From: Raja brachyura
Lineage: Eukaryota
Direction: 5' to 3'
Length of the DNA: 64,000 nucleotides
NCBI GenBank assembly: GCA_963514005.1
Contig: OY740823.1
Location: 2,232,001 to 2,296,000, forward strand
The notes under the pieces were generated by a model. The model saw only the letters and a list, made by a program, of their open reading frames with translations, searched no databases and was not told where the DNA came from. The position numbers and the translations under genes are program-made. This document shows positions 48,376 through 60,430 of the stretch, piece after piece; the first letter of the stretch is position 1, and each line of letters opens with the position of its first letter.

Positions 48376-50199
48376 GACATACATCCAGCAGCTAAACAGA
48401 TATACATAGTACTGTAATGACACCATAATAAACACCAGAAGCATCCGTTTATATTTGAAAAAATCGAATAAGCAATTAAAGTGCAATGACAAAAACAATG
48501 CCTATGTTGCTCGCAGATTATTTGGAGGTTGTAATCTTTAATTGCATGATGGCCGTTGCGAAGATGCTGTCCACAACATGGATCTTGCACGTGACAATTA
48601 ACTCGATGTGATTTGACTTGACTTCAATTTGTGCTGACGTTTATCTCCCTCGAGCAATCGATTCCACTCTCACCCTCCTCTCTCCCATTTGGTTCCATCT
48701 GCCATTATGTCTCCGTTTCTCTCCTCACCCAACACTCACGTGCTTCTGGCTGACAACTCCAGCCCCACTTGCCAACCTGGATCCATCTGAGCATCCGCTT
48801 AGCCCTCCGCTGTCCACCCATTGACTAGTGTCTCCGCTCTCATCCCTCTCCTCTATATTCACGACAGAGAATAGAAGAGTTTAGTTCGGGGACAACCCCT
48901 TCGGCTCGTAATATCCGTGCAAAATATGATGTAGGTCAAAGTAATCATCGCTGCAGTTCTGCCGCTCCCCGTGTGCGCGACTTTGGCGCCTTTCAGAGGG
49001 GGCCGGGCTTAAAGTGCCGTTTTTCTTCAGACTGGGCAAATCGATCAATGTCGGGCGATTTCGTTGCGGAAGAAAAATCGCTCCGACATTTCATTAATGA
49101 AGGTATTTTTAAATTACGCTAGATTATTTATTATCTAGAGTAATTTGAAAATCACCTTCAAAAGCCGTGAGGGCCGTTAACGGGAAGGAATTTGCGTAGG
49201 GGCGAAAAAAGGGACACAGTTTATTTTTATATTAAAAGTTGGTTTTTATGGAGGCTTTAATAATATTTTCATGTTGCGAAATGGGGTCCAAAAAATGTAT
49301 GAACCGGCTGTATTTTTCATACCGACTTCACAGCAAACCACAACGTTCCAATCCACCGCATTTCACTAAAACGTACTCGCTGGTTGATTTAAATGGCCAT
49401 TAATTTACAGGCATTAAACACTAAATTCCTTCCATTTGGCCCAGAAATTCATGAAAATTAGATTTAAAAATCATGTTAGATTGTGGATTATTGTGTGAAT
49501 GTTATTTAGACACTTAGACAATTTTTAAAACGTTTATATTTTCTTAAGAAATGGATAGATGTTTAGATCTACTCATTGCATTTTGTAATTAGCTACAATT
49601 AGATAACTAACTAATTATATGCTTTAATTTCAGGTCATCCAAGTAAGATTGTTTCATATTTGTTTCAGAATGCTTCAATCTATAATAACAGGAAATTTCA
49701 TTGAGTTCTCTTAATTTTTAAGAAAGTTATGGGCATTTAACGGTTCTAGATTACAGCTTTTGAGTTAAGTCAATTGAAAGGCAATGGGGAACAAGATGCT
49801 AATTTCCGAGTATGAAAATGGTCATAACTTTCTTAATACTGAAGATATGAAAGTGAGTTAGGTGTCAAATTAAACTTATTTTTATGCTTTATCTGATGGG
49901 ATAAATTGCAGACTTGATTTTTAAAATCTCAAAATTTGGTAACATTGCTACCCATTCCGGACAGATACCCTTTGGCAGATCTAGTAAGGCAGGTCATTCA
50001 CAATGAATTATGGTGTCATAGGGTACCACATACGCTGTAGCGATTTAAACTCCTGTACCAATTTGGGTGTCTCGACAACCGTGGTTGCATTAATCATTCA
50101 TACGCGGTCTCTATCGATTTGAATTGGGATATATTCTGTTACGTAAGACATGACTTCAAATCGATTTGCATTTGATTGGGCCCTGAATATTTATTCTTA

Positions 50200-50390
50200 C
50201 TATGTACAGAAGATAATTAACCTACAAACATGCGCATCTTTGAAATATGGGCGGAAACCGGAGCACTCGGAGAAAACCCACGCGGTAACAGGAGCGTAAA
50301 AACAGCGTCCAGAGAGCAGCCGCAGTGAGGATCGAACCCAGGTCTCTGATACTAAGGCAGTAATTCTACAGCCGAACCACTCTGCCGCCA
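50200..50390 (-). mobile_element. tRNA-derived SINE
   Basis: Reverse complement has GTGGCGGCAGAGTGG...GGGTTCGATCC and the family body. Confidence 0.75.
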
Positions 50391-50761
50391 CACATGTTTA
50401 AGAATGTGATACCCTATGCTTAAGATAAAACAGGAATTGGAGGTGGTAAATACAGTGAAATACAAAGAATAACTTTATTTCTTTATGGATGGTCGCTAAA
50501 TGAGACACATGTTCCATGTGTATTTGGATAGCTTTGTGATAAGACACGGGAAATTGCACGTACTGGAATCTTCAACACAAAATGAGTACTGGAGGTACGC
50601 AACTGTTTAGGATACAGCTGTGGATGGAAATTGACTGAACGAATGGTGGGGCAGGACAAAGTCTGGCAAGTGCTGGCGTGTAGAAGAATGAGGTGGTTCC
50701 AATGAAGTACAAAATAGCGAAAGGCTTGGATAGAATGGATATGGAGAGAATGTTTCCACAT

Positions 50762-51230
50762 TAGACAATAGGTACAGGAGAAAGCCATTCGGCCCTTCGA
50801 GCCAGCACCGCCATTCAATGTGATCATGGCTGATCATCCAAAATCAGCACCCCGTTCCTGCCTCATCCCCATATCACCTGACTCCGCTATCGTTAAGAGC
50901 CCCATCTAGCTCTCTCTTGAAAGTATCCAAAGAACCGGCCTCCACCGCCCTCTGAAGCAAAGAATGCCACAGATTCACAACTCTCTGTGTGAACAAGTGT
51001 TTCCTCATCTCCGTTTTAAATGGCTTACCCCTTATTCTTAAACTGTGACCCCTGCTTCTGGACTCTCCCTACATCGGGAACATGTTTCCTTCCTCTAGCG
51101 TGTCCAAACCCTTAATATTCTTATATGTTTCATTACATGTTTCCCTCTCATCCTGAATTATCTTATATAAATTACAGAGTATACAAGCCCAGCCGCTCCA
51201 TTCTCTAATCTTATGACAGTCCGCCATCCC
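50762..51230 (-). mobile_element. CR1 3' fragment inserted in an older plus-strand CR1
   Basis: Reverse-complement CR1 3'UTR and ORF2 end; the flanking older CR1 continues on both sides. Confidence 0.75.
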
Positions 51231-51542
51231 ACAAGTGGTAGAGACTAAGACTAGAGGTCACAGAATCAGAATTCTAGGACGTTCCTTTAGGACGGTGTTG
51301 AGGAGGAATCGATTTATTCAGCGTGTGGTGAATCTGTGGAATTATTTGCCACTGAAAGCTGTGGACGACGTCAATTGATGTTTTAACGCAGAGAAATAGA
51401 TTTTTGATTAGAACGTGTGTCAGAGTTTATGGGTATAAGGCAAGAGAATGGGATTAGGATGGAGTGATAGGTCAGCCATGATTAAATAGCAAACTAGACC
51501 TGATGATACAAATGACCCAATTCTGCTCCTCTCACCTATGAC

Positions 51543-53469
51543 TAGAGCCAGGATTTCGCCATGAATGCCATGTGCATTTGCATGCCTTTTTTGATGATAT
51601 CACCAAGATAATGCCTTTTTCACGATCGAGTGCCTAAATCTGCCTTTTTTTTGCCATTTTGCTAAAAGTTTGTGCTATTTTCTCTAGTTATATCGTGATT
51701 ACAATGGCGTTTTCTATGTTAACATGTTAATATTAATGTTATTATTAACGTGTTAACATAGTATAAATTACAAGAAAATTTCCACCACCGGGGCGAAACC
51801 GGGGCGTCACCGTCGGTCGTCCATTCATTCGTGCCGCTGCCCACTGGTTTAATCTTCCCCAAAATCTATTTATTGTTTCCCATTTTGCAAACTTCCCACA
51901 AGCTACCACTTCCCTTGAGAAAAGTGGCAAAATACTAGTGAATAACTTGCAGGTTTTCAACAAAGTAACTGACAATATTCGTAAAGTTCCTTGCGATGGA
52001 GGTAAACAGATAGAAACGTAGAAATTAGGTGCAGGAGTAGGCCATTCGGCCCTTCGAGCCTGCACCGCCATTCAATATGATCATGGCTGATCATCCAACT
52101 CAGTATCCCGTACCTGCCTTCTCTCCATACCCTCTGATCCCCTTAGCCACAAGGGCCACATCTAACTCCCTCTTAAATATAGCCAATGAACTGGCCTCAA
52201 CTACCCTCTGTGGCAAAGAGTTCCAGAGACCCACCACCCTCTGTGTGAAAAAAGTCCTTCTCATCTCGGTCCTAAAGGATTTCCCCCTTATCCTTAAGCT
52301 GTGACCCCTTGTCCTGCACCTCCCCAACATCGGGAACAATCTTCCTGCATCTAGCCTCTCCAAAACCTTAAGAGTGCTGTACGTTTCTATAAGACCCCTC
52401 TCAATCTCCCAAATTCTAGAGAGTATAAACCGAGTCTATGCAGTCTTTGTTCATAAGACAGTCCTGACATCCCAGGAATCAGTCTGGTGAACCTTCTCTG
52501 CACTCCCTCTATGGCAATAATGTCATTCCTCAGATTTGGAGACCAGAACTGTACGCAATACTCCAGGTGTGGTCTCACCAAGATACTATACAACTGAAGT
52601 AGAACCTCCCTGCTCCTATACTCAAATCCTTTTGGTATGAAAGCTAACATACCATTCGCTTTCTTCACTGCTTGCTGCACCTGCCTACTTTCAATGACTG
52701 GTGTACCATGACACCCAGGTCGCGCTGCATCTCCCCTTTTCCTAATCGGCCACCATTTAGATAATAGTCTGCTTTCCTATTGTTGCCACCAAAGTGGATA
52801 ACCTCACATTTATCCACATTATACTGCATCTACCAAACATTTGCCCACTCACCCAGCCGATCCAAGTCACCTTGCAGTCTCCTAGCATCATCCTCACAGC
52901 TATCACTGCCCCCCAGCTTAGTGTCATCCGCAAACTTGGAGATATTGCCTTCAATTGCCTCATCCACATCATTAATGTATATTGCAAATAGCTGGGGTCC
53001 CAGCATTGAGCCTTGCGGTACCCCACTAGTCACTGCCTGCCAAGATACAAGGAAAATGTGAGAGAGTGATTTTAGCTAACAAAGATCTTGTAGAAATACA
53101 AAACATAGCAAAAGTTCTCAAAGGTAGTTGTAATGCACAATATATCAACATGAATATAGCGTCTGCAGCTTGTTTCGGGTATGCACCAGTGACCTCAGCT
53201 GAGGTAGAAAGAAGCTTTTCACAACTGAAGCATATTCTGTCTGACACACGGCATAGTTTAAAAAGATAATTTGAAAAAATGCTAGTAATTATATGCAACC
53301 AGGCAACTTTGGTCATTTAATGTAGTATGCCTATATATTATCATTTGTAACCATACTTGGTGGTGGAAATACATGCCTTCGTGAGCCTTTTTTGTCCATA
53401 AATGCCTTTTCGTGCCTTTTTTGTAATTTTATTATGCCTTTTTTTTAGTTCCAAAACATCCTGGCTTTA
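51543..53469 (+). mobile_element. Internally deleted hAT DNA transposon
   Basis: 12-bp TIRs TAGAGCCAGGAT / ATCCTGGCTTTA; 8-bp TSD CCTATGAC (51535-51542) / CTTATGAC (53470-53477); C-terminal motif APVTSAEVERSFS. Confidence 0.85.
52013..53042 (-). mobile_element. CR1 3' part nested in the hAT
   Basis: [10 protein letters not shown] through GEKAGTGY*; AGATA on both sides; removing it restores the transposase frame CDGGKQ|IQGKCERV. Confidence 0.9.
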
Positions 53470-53979
53470 CTTATGACATTATAAGTGGTCAATAGCTACA
53501 GGCTGGATGATTGGGACATACATTATAAGGATGAAATGACAGATGATAAAGGTATAAGGGAAACAATGGTGAATCAGCTTAAGAGAGAATACGAATTAAA
53601 TGTAAAGCAGGGTGGGGGTGATATGGTTGGAAGGGAAACAGAAAGACAGAAGAGAAATGGGGAATATGGGGATGGGAGATTTCGTACTAAGAAGTAGAAA
53701 TTACAGTTTCACTGCGGTTGGGTTAGAAATGGGAGATATGGGTGTACATCTGAGGAGCGGGGACACCGAAAAGAGCGAGTGAATAGTGCCTAGAGGGGTG
53801 TTGCTTCAAATTAGAGAATTTATTTTTGATGTCATTGGGTTGTACGATCCCAAGCAGAATATGAGTTGTGGTCGCAATAGGGATTTAACTCAAATGACGT
53901 GATGTTATTTTTCAGTTGATGAAATGTACTGTTTTTAACGATAATGATCACCGAGAATCGGTGGGGAAAAGCAGCAGCG

Positions 53980-53986
53980 TATAAAT
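53980..53986 (+). promoter_or_regulatory. TATA box of the GPCR gene
   Basis: TATAAAT about 80 nt upstream of ATG 54064; CRE-like TGACGTGA at 53896. Confidence 0.5.
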
Positions 53987-54063
53987 TAATGGCGTAGCAG
54001 ATGCACTGGCTCAGAGGTTACTTCAGAGAGACCGCGGCTATCACGAAGACGGTTTGATTATCT

Positions 54064-54136
54064 ATGAACATGCTTGAAATATTTTACATTGCCAGAAAAA
54101 TCTGCTATCTGATCATCGGGGTTATTGGGGTGCCTG
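54064..54136 (+). pseudogene. GPR139-like GPCR, coding exon 1 (N-terminus and start of TM1)
   Basis: MNMLEIFYIARKICYLIIGVIGVP, phase-1 donor CTG|GTAAG; joins exon 2 to give GVP-VNLVAIVIL. Confidence 0.8.
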
Positions 54137-55274
54137 GTAAGAACTTTAGCAAACGAACGTCTACAGTTATGCATTTTGAGATATTTTGATTCGTTCCCTT
54201 CCTGGTGATGTACCTATTGGAACTTTGGCAATGACAGTAAGGACGACATCGGCAGTAAGTGATGTGGAAATGCTGGAGAAACTCAGCAGGTGAGGCGGCA
54301 TCTATGGAGCGCACAGGGCTTGAACCTGGTGAGACGCAGGAGGAGCCCGGCCGGGAGTCACCCCACAGAGCCCAGTCCCTCCATGCACTCGAGTCTCCCA
54401 ACCCCTGCAGAGTAGTTTTTAAGATGGCTGATCCGTGGTCGGTTGCTGCTGGGACGCAAGTCGGGGCCTGATCAACCCCGGCTGGGTCGCCTGGGCGAGG
54501 GTGTCTGATGTTGTGAGACCCGAAACATCCGATGACTCCAGGTCACATCACTGAGGATGCGTCCCAGCGCATCTAGAAGATGAATATTTTTCACATAGGC
54601 GACGTTTCGGGGCGAGACCATTCTTCAGACTCGGGAATATGCTTTGTGTCGTATTGTTTTGAGTCTGTTGAAAATAAACAAACTATTGAGACAGACGCTG
54701 GGAGGAGGACGTGCGATAGGGTTTCGGGATTGCGGTGGGAGATGCCTACCCCTATTGGTCGATCATTGAGATACGGCTGGGAATTAAATCTGCGGCGGTC
54801 GAAGGCGCTCGCAACTTGGCTGCTGCCCGACTAAAACGACGTTTTTTTAATAGCCCCGCGCACTTTGATATAATTTTAATTCACGTTGCCTCGTGTTGCA
54901 AGAAACCTGACATAAAAGCCGTCTGGTTTAAAGGTAAAACACGAAACACTACCTCTCTGTGTATCAGTCAGCGCAGCAGACATCTCCTGCTCCGAACAAT
55001 CAGACATGGGATGCTCAGGTTTTCATGTCCAAGTATATATATACACTCAATTCCAGGTGATTGAAGAGATTTCGACGCACGGTTGTTGCCAGCCGAGTTT
55101 TGTCACGCATAAAAAAACAGAAGACAGTTGAATGGATCAACTAACTTATAATGTCTCAGTGCTGCATGTGGCGGCCCACATTGATAGGGCGGTTAATGAT
55201 ATCGGCACGTTGGCCATCAACCTGTGAACTGCACGTAGAGGTTGCGACGTTATCGGACAATTGTGTACAATTGA

Positions 55275-56877
55275 ACGGATGAACGGATTGAAGGCCGATA
55301 AATCCCCAGGGCCAGATAGTCTGCATCCCAGAGTACTCAAGGAGGTAGCCACAGAAATAGTGGATGCATTAGTGATAATTTTTCAAAATTCCTTAGATTC
55401 TGGAGTAGTTCCTGAGGATTGGAGGGTAGCTAATGTAACCCCACTTTTTAAAAAAGGAGGGAGAGAGAAAGCGGGGAATTACAGACCAGTTAGTCTAACA
55501 TCGGTAGTGGGGAAACTGCTGGAGTCAGTTATTAAAGATGGGATAGCAGCGCATTTGGAAAGTGGTGAAATCATTGGACAAAGTCAGCATGGATTTACGA
55601 AAGGTAAATCATGTCTGACAAATCTGATAGAATTTTTCGAGGATGTAACTAGTAGAGTGGATAAGGGAGAACCAGTGGATGTGTTATATCTAGACTTTCA
55701 GAAGGCTTTCGACAAGGTCCCACATAAGAGATTAGCATACAAACTTAAAGCACACGGTATTGGGGGTTCAGTATTGATGTGGATAGAGAACTGGCTAGCA
55801 GACAGGAGGCAAAGGGTAGGAGTAAACGGGTCCTTTTCAGAATGGCAGGCAGTGACTAGTGGGGTGCCGCAAGGCTCAGTGCTGGGACCCCAGCTATTTA
55901 CAATATATATTCATGATTTGGACGAGGGAATTCAATGCAACATCTCCAAATTTGCAGATGATACCAAGCTGGGGGGTATAGTTAGGTGTGAGGAGGATGC
56001 TTGGAGGCTGCAGGGTGATTTGGATAGGCTGAGTGAATGGGCAGATGCATGGCAGATGCAGTACAATGTGGATAAATGTGAGGTTATCCACTTTGGTGGC
56101 AAAAACATGAGGGTAGACTATTATCTGAATGGTGGCAGATTAGGTAAGGGGGAGATGCAACGAGACCTGGGTGTCATGGTACACCAGTCATTGAAAGTAG
56201 GCATGCAGGTGCAGCAGGCAGTGAAGAAAGCAAATGGTATGTTAGCATTCATAGCGAAAGGATTTGAATATAGGAGCAGGGAGGTTCTACTGCAGTTGTA
56301 CAGGGTTTTGGTGAGGCCACACCTGGAGTACTGCGTACAGTTTTGGTCTCCAAATCTGAGGAAAGACATCCTTGCCATAGAGGGGGTACAGAGAAGATTC
56401 ACCAGACTGATTCCTGGGATGTCAGGACTTTCATATGAGGAAAGATTGGATAGACTCGGTTTGTACTCGATGGAATTTAGAAGATTGAGGGGGATCTTAT
56501 AGAAACCTACAAAATTCTTAAGGGGTTGGACAAGCTAGATGCTGGAAGATTGTTCCCGATGTTGGGGGAGTCCAGAACAAGGGGTCACAGTCTAAGGATA
56601 AGGGGGAATTCCTTTAGGACCGAAATGAGGAAAACATTCTTTACACAGAGAGTGGTGAGTCTCTGGAATTCTCTGCCACAGAAGGTAGTTGAGGCCAGTT
56701 CATTGGCTATATTTAAGAGGGCGTTAGATGTGGCACTTGTGGCTAAAGGGATCAGGGGGTATGGAGAGAAGGCAGGTACGGGATACTGAGTTGGATGATC
56801 AGCCATGATCACATTGAATGGCGGTGCAGGCTCGAAGGGCCGAATGGCCTACTCCTGCACCTATTTTCTATGTTTCT
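55275..56877 (+). mobile_element. Young CR1 (RT to tail) in the GPCR intron
   Basis: 413-aa open RT frame; one frameshift in a G run near 56490. Confidence 0.93.
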
Positions 56878-57140
56878 AATGTTGGCGAGGCCACACTTGG
56901 AGTAACGTATTCAGTTTTGGTTATCGTGCTGTTTTTAAAATGTCATTGGGTTGGACAGACGGCAGAACATTTCCGAGGATCCTGTCTGGACTCGAGATCG
57001 TTGAGATCTTTATGCTGCTGAAGAATATTGCCGCCGCTCTGTATTGTAATGTTTTCACAATGCAATACATTGGTGACGCACAGTAAAACTCAGTTTATGT
57101 GGCACATTCCAAACATCGGTTTTGTGGTGTTAACATCAGA

Positions 57141-57235
57141 CTGAAGATGGATCTCGATCAGAAACGTCATCTGCCCAAACCTGCCACAAGTGCTGCCTGC
57201 TAACTGAGTCCCTCCAGCACTTCATGTTTTGCAAC
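57141..57235 (+). mobile_element. Penelope pLTR fragment with hammerhead core in the GPCR intron
   Basis: CTGAAGATGGATCTCGATCAGAAACGTC at 57141-57168 followed by the pLTR tail. Confidence 0.65.
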
Positions 57236-58110
57236 ACTTTTTAATTTGATGAGTATTCCAAAACATCTCAAGTTAGATCGTATAAAATAGTGGAATTACA
57301 TGTTTCCTAGTTAAAGCAATGTCACCTGAGGAGTATTGTGGATTTCTCACCTTAAATGAAATTTCGAGCTCCCGAGCATGCGGGCTAGCTCAAAACAAAA
57401 CATTAAGGCGCTGAGAAGTCAATTGTGTCCATCTGCATTTTTTCTAGTAAATCATGAGACCTCAGGTCAAGCAACCTCAGGAGGTGGCGTATCAGAGGCT
57501 TATGGATAGGTAAATGTCCAAGCAGTGAATGGAGGTATTGGATTCCGTGCAGTCAGAGTTTAGTTGACCATGCCATGGAATTCGGTGGGAACATCGGCGG
57601 TCCAAGGGCCTGTTGTTTGTTCTCAATTCTGATACCCTAACACAATCTCGTTTGCCGTCTTATTGCGAGGCTCAAGCGAACAATTTATGTTCCTAGAAGA
57701 AGACTTGGGGCGGCGGAAATTAGGTTTCAACAAAATGTGCGAATCCAACCCAGATGTTTCAAGAGCGCGGGTTTCACTGGGAGCAGGAATCAATGCCGTA
57801 GTCAGTGGAAAAGAGGAGTAACATGCCGGAATATCTTGCTTTAAAAAGTGTCGGGTTATGAATTTTACTGCAGATTTATACTGCAAACGCTTACCTATTA
57901 TTTAATGTTCTCGCACGTTGTGTATTAACGATATCGCTTCCTTTAAACTCGGTTTTGATGTTGAACGAGTATGAAGATCATTTATTGCCGCCTTCATAAA
58001 TTGACCCACCACAGAAGTAATATTATTGATAATGTGACCCGGAACTATGTATTCTGAGTTCCAACTGCGATCAACAGTGATTTCACGTATTCTTTACTTT
58101 GCTTTTGAAG

Positions 58111-58983
58111 TGAATTTAGTGGCGATTGTGATCCTGTCCCGAGGAAAGTGCGGACTTTCCACCTGCACCGCTCGCTACCTGGTGGCCATGGCAGTGGCGC
58201 ACCTACTGAGCGTCATCAGTGACGTCATACTGTGGCGGGTCAGTTACTATTATTTCCCCGGGACTTTCCTGGACATCACCCCCGTGTGCAGTATGGTCCA
58301 TGTGGTGGCTGGTGGAACAAGAGATTGTTCTGTCTGGTTCACTGTCATTTTCACCTTTGATCGATGTGTAGCCATTTGTTACCAGAAGCTGAAAACAACA
58401 TATTGCACGGACAAAAATGCACGTGTGGCTCTGACAATAACGGGGGTTCTGCTCTGTTGCAAAAATGTCCCCATGTACTTTATATTTGAAGCAGGCATAC
58501 TGATTGACAATGTACCCTGGGGCTGTTTGCGGAAATGGAGCATTTATACAGATCCCGTGTGGGTGGGATATGATTGGCTGGCTAATAATGTTGCTCAACT
58601 CTCTGACAGTCCGGCACATTTTAGTGGCCATTCGGGTTCGTAAGGTGCTGAGGGGTCAGAGAAAGCTGGAGAACCGCAGTGACCCAGAGATGGAGAGCAC
58701 AAGGAGGTCCACGGTCCTACTCTTCACCATATCTGGCAGTTTCATCATTCTGTGGTCATTGTCCGTTGTCGATTTCCGTTATTACACAATTGGCGGAACT
58801 GATCCTGGTAATTACAACTATTCCGAATACGTATTTTCACATTGCGGAGCCATTTTGACGGCTTTAAGTTGCTGCACCAATACGTTTATTTATGGGGTTA
58901 CGCAGTCTAAGTTCAGGGAGCAGCTGACCAACGGAGCGAAATATCCGTTCACCTTAATGAAGCAATTGATAAATAAGGAATAA
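58111..58983 (+). pseudogene. GPR139-like rhodopsin-class GPCR, coding exon 2, frameshifted in TM5
   Basis: AG acceptor at 58109-58110; LSRGKCGLS, YLVAMAVAHLL, FTFDRCVAIC, NTFIY; frame change near 58580 with TM5 apparently shortened; TAA at 58981. Confidence 0.85.
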
Positions 58984-59528
58984 ACAACCAGAATTGTCTT
59001 GTTATTGGAAAACCTGGCGGCGGGGAGAGTAACCGGGATCAAACCCACACGGAAAGCAAGTATTCAGGAAACCAGCCGCTCGGTCCACCTAACTGCTTCC
59101 GACCATCAAATGTGCAACTTTAACTAATCCTACACAAATCCAGTTACCTCTTCCAATGTCCCATCAATGCTCCACCCGCCAACCTACTCCGATTCTACCG
59201 CTCATAATCTGTATTGGCGACAATTGACAGCGTCCGACGCGTTCGCGATAAAAATATATGACGACTGATCGACGGGAGCCACCCAACAGGTGAACATGAA
59301 ACCAAGGAGAACATCCAACCTTCATGCAGACGGCACCGGTGGTTAGAGTCACTGGAACGTATTACATTCTCCCCAAAATTCACAAACAGAACTACCATGG
59401 CAGTCCCATTGTTTCTGCCAGCTTCCGTCGCACTGAATTCATTTCCACACTATCCTAACACACCTGATCCACTTCCTCCCGACCTATGTCCCAGATACCC
59501 CATACGTCGTTCGTCTCTTCAATTACTT

Positions 59529-59929
59529 ACTCGGCTTGTACTTGCTGGAATTTAGAAGATTGAGGGGGGTTGGACAAGCTAGATGCTGGAAGTTTGTCCC
59601 CGATGTTGGGGGAGTCCAGTACAAGGGGTCACAGTCTAAGGATATGGGGGAATTCCTTTAGGACCGAGAAGAGGAAAACATTCTTTACACAGAGAGTGGT
59701 GAGTCTCTGGAATTCTCTGCTACAGCAGGTAGTTGAGGCCAGTTCATTGGCTATATTTAAGAGGGCGTTAGATGTAGCACTTGTGGCTAAAGGGATCAGG
59801 GGGTATGGAGAGAAGGCAGGTACGGGATACTGAGTTGGATGATCAGCCATGATCACATTGAATGGCGGTGCAGGCTCGAAGGGCCGAATGGCCTACTCTT
59901 GCACCTATTTTTCTATGTTTCTATGTTTC
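59529..59929 (+). mobile_element. CR1 3' end, near-identical to 56456-56877
   Basis: Shares rare variants; short deletion between G runs. Confidence 0.88.
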
Positions 59930-59996
59930 CGTTTTCCAGGCCATCGCTCCCTCATCTTTACTATGTACACTCAGTCACTCTGCACCTTCTTACCAC

Positions 59997-60430
59997 AGCG
60001 GGACTGCCATAAGAGGAAAGATTGAAAAGATTAGGCTTGTATTCACTGGAATTTAGAAGGATGAGGGGGGATCTTATAGAAACATATAAAATGATAAAAG
60101 GACTGGACAAGCCAGATGCAGCAAAAATGTTCCCAATGTTGGGCGAATCCAGAACCAGGGGTAACAGTCTTAGAATAAAGGGGGGGGGGGGGGTCATTTA
60201 AGACTGAGGTGCGAAAAAACGTTTTCACCCAGAGAGTTGTGAATTTATGGAATCCCCCGCCACAGAGGGCAGTGGAGGCCAAATCACTGGATGTATTTAA
60301 GAGAGAGTTAGATATAGCTCTCGGGGCTAGTGGAGTCAAGGGGTATGTGGAGAAGGCAGGCACGGGTTATTGATAGAGGACGCTCACAATGATCACAATG
60401 AATGGCGGTGCTGGCGGGAAGGGCCGAAAC
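59997..60430 (+). mobile_element. CR1 3' fragment
   Basis: LGLYSLEFRRMRGDLIETYK...GYVEKAGTGY. Confidence 0.85.

Noticed and set aside
48935-49950. AT-rich 1-kb block with a GC-rich head that looks like a non-autonomous repeat
   Set aside because: No TIR, TSD, tail or second copy found in the window, so it cannot be classified
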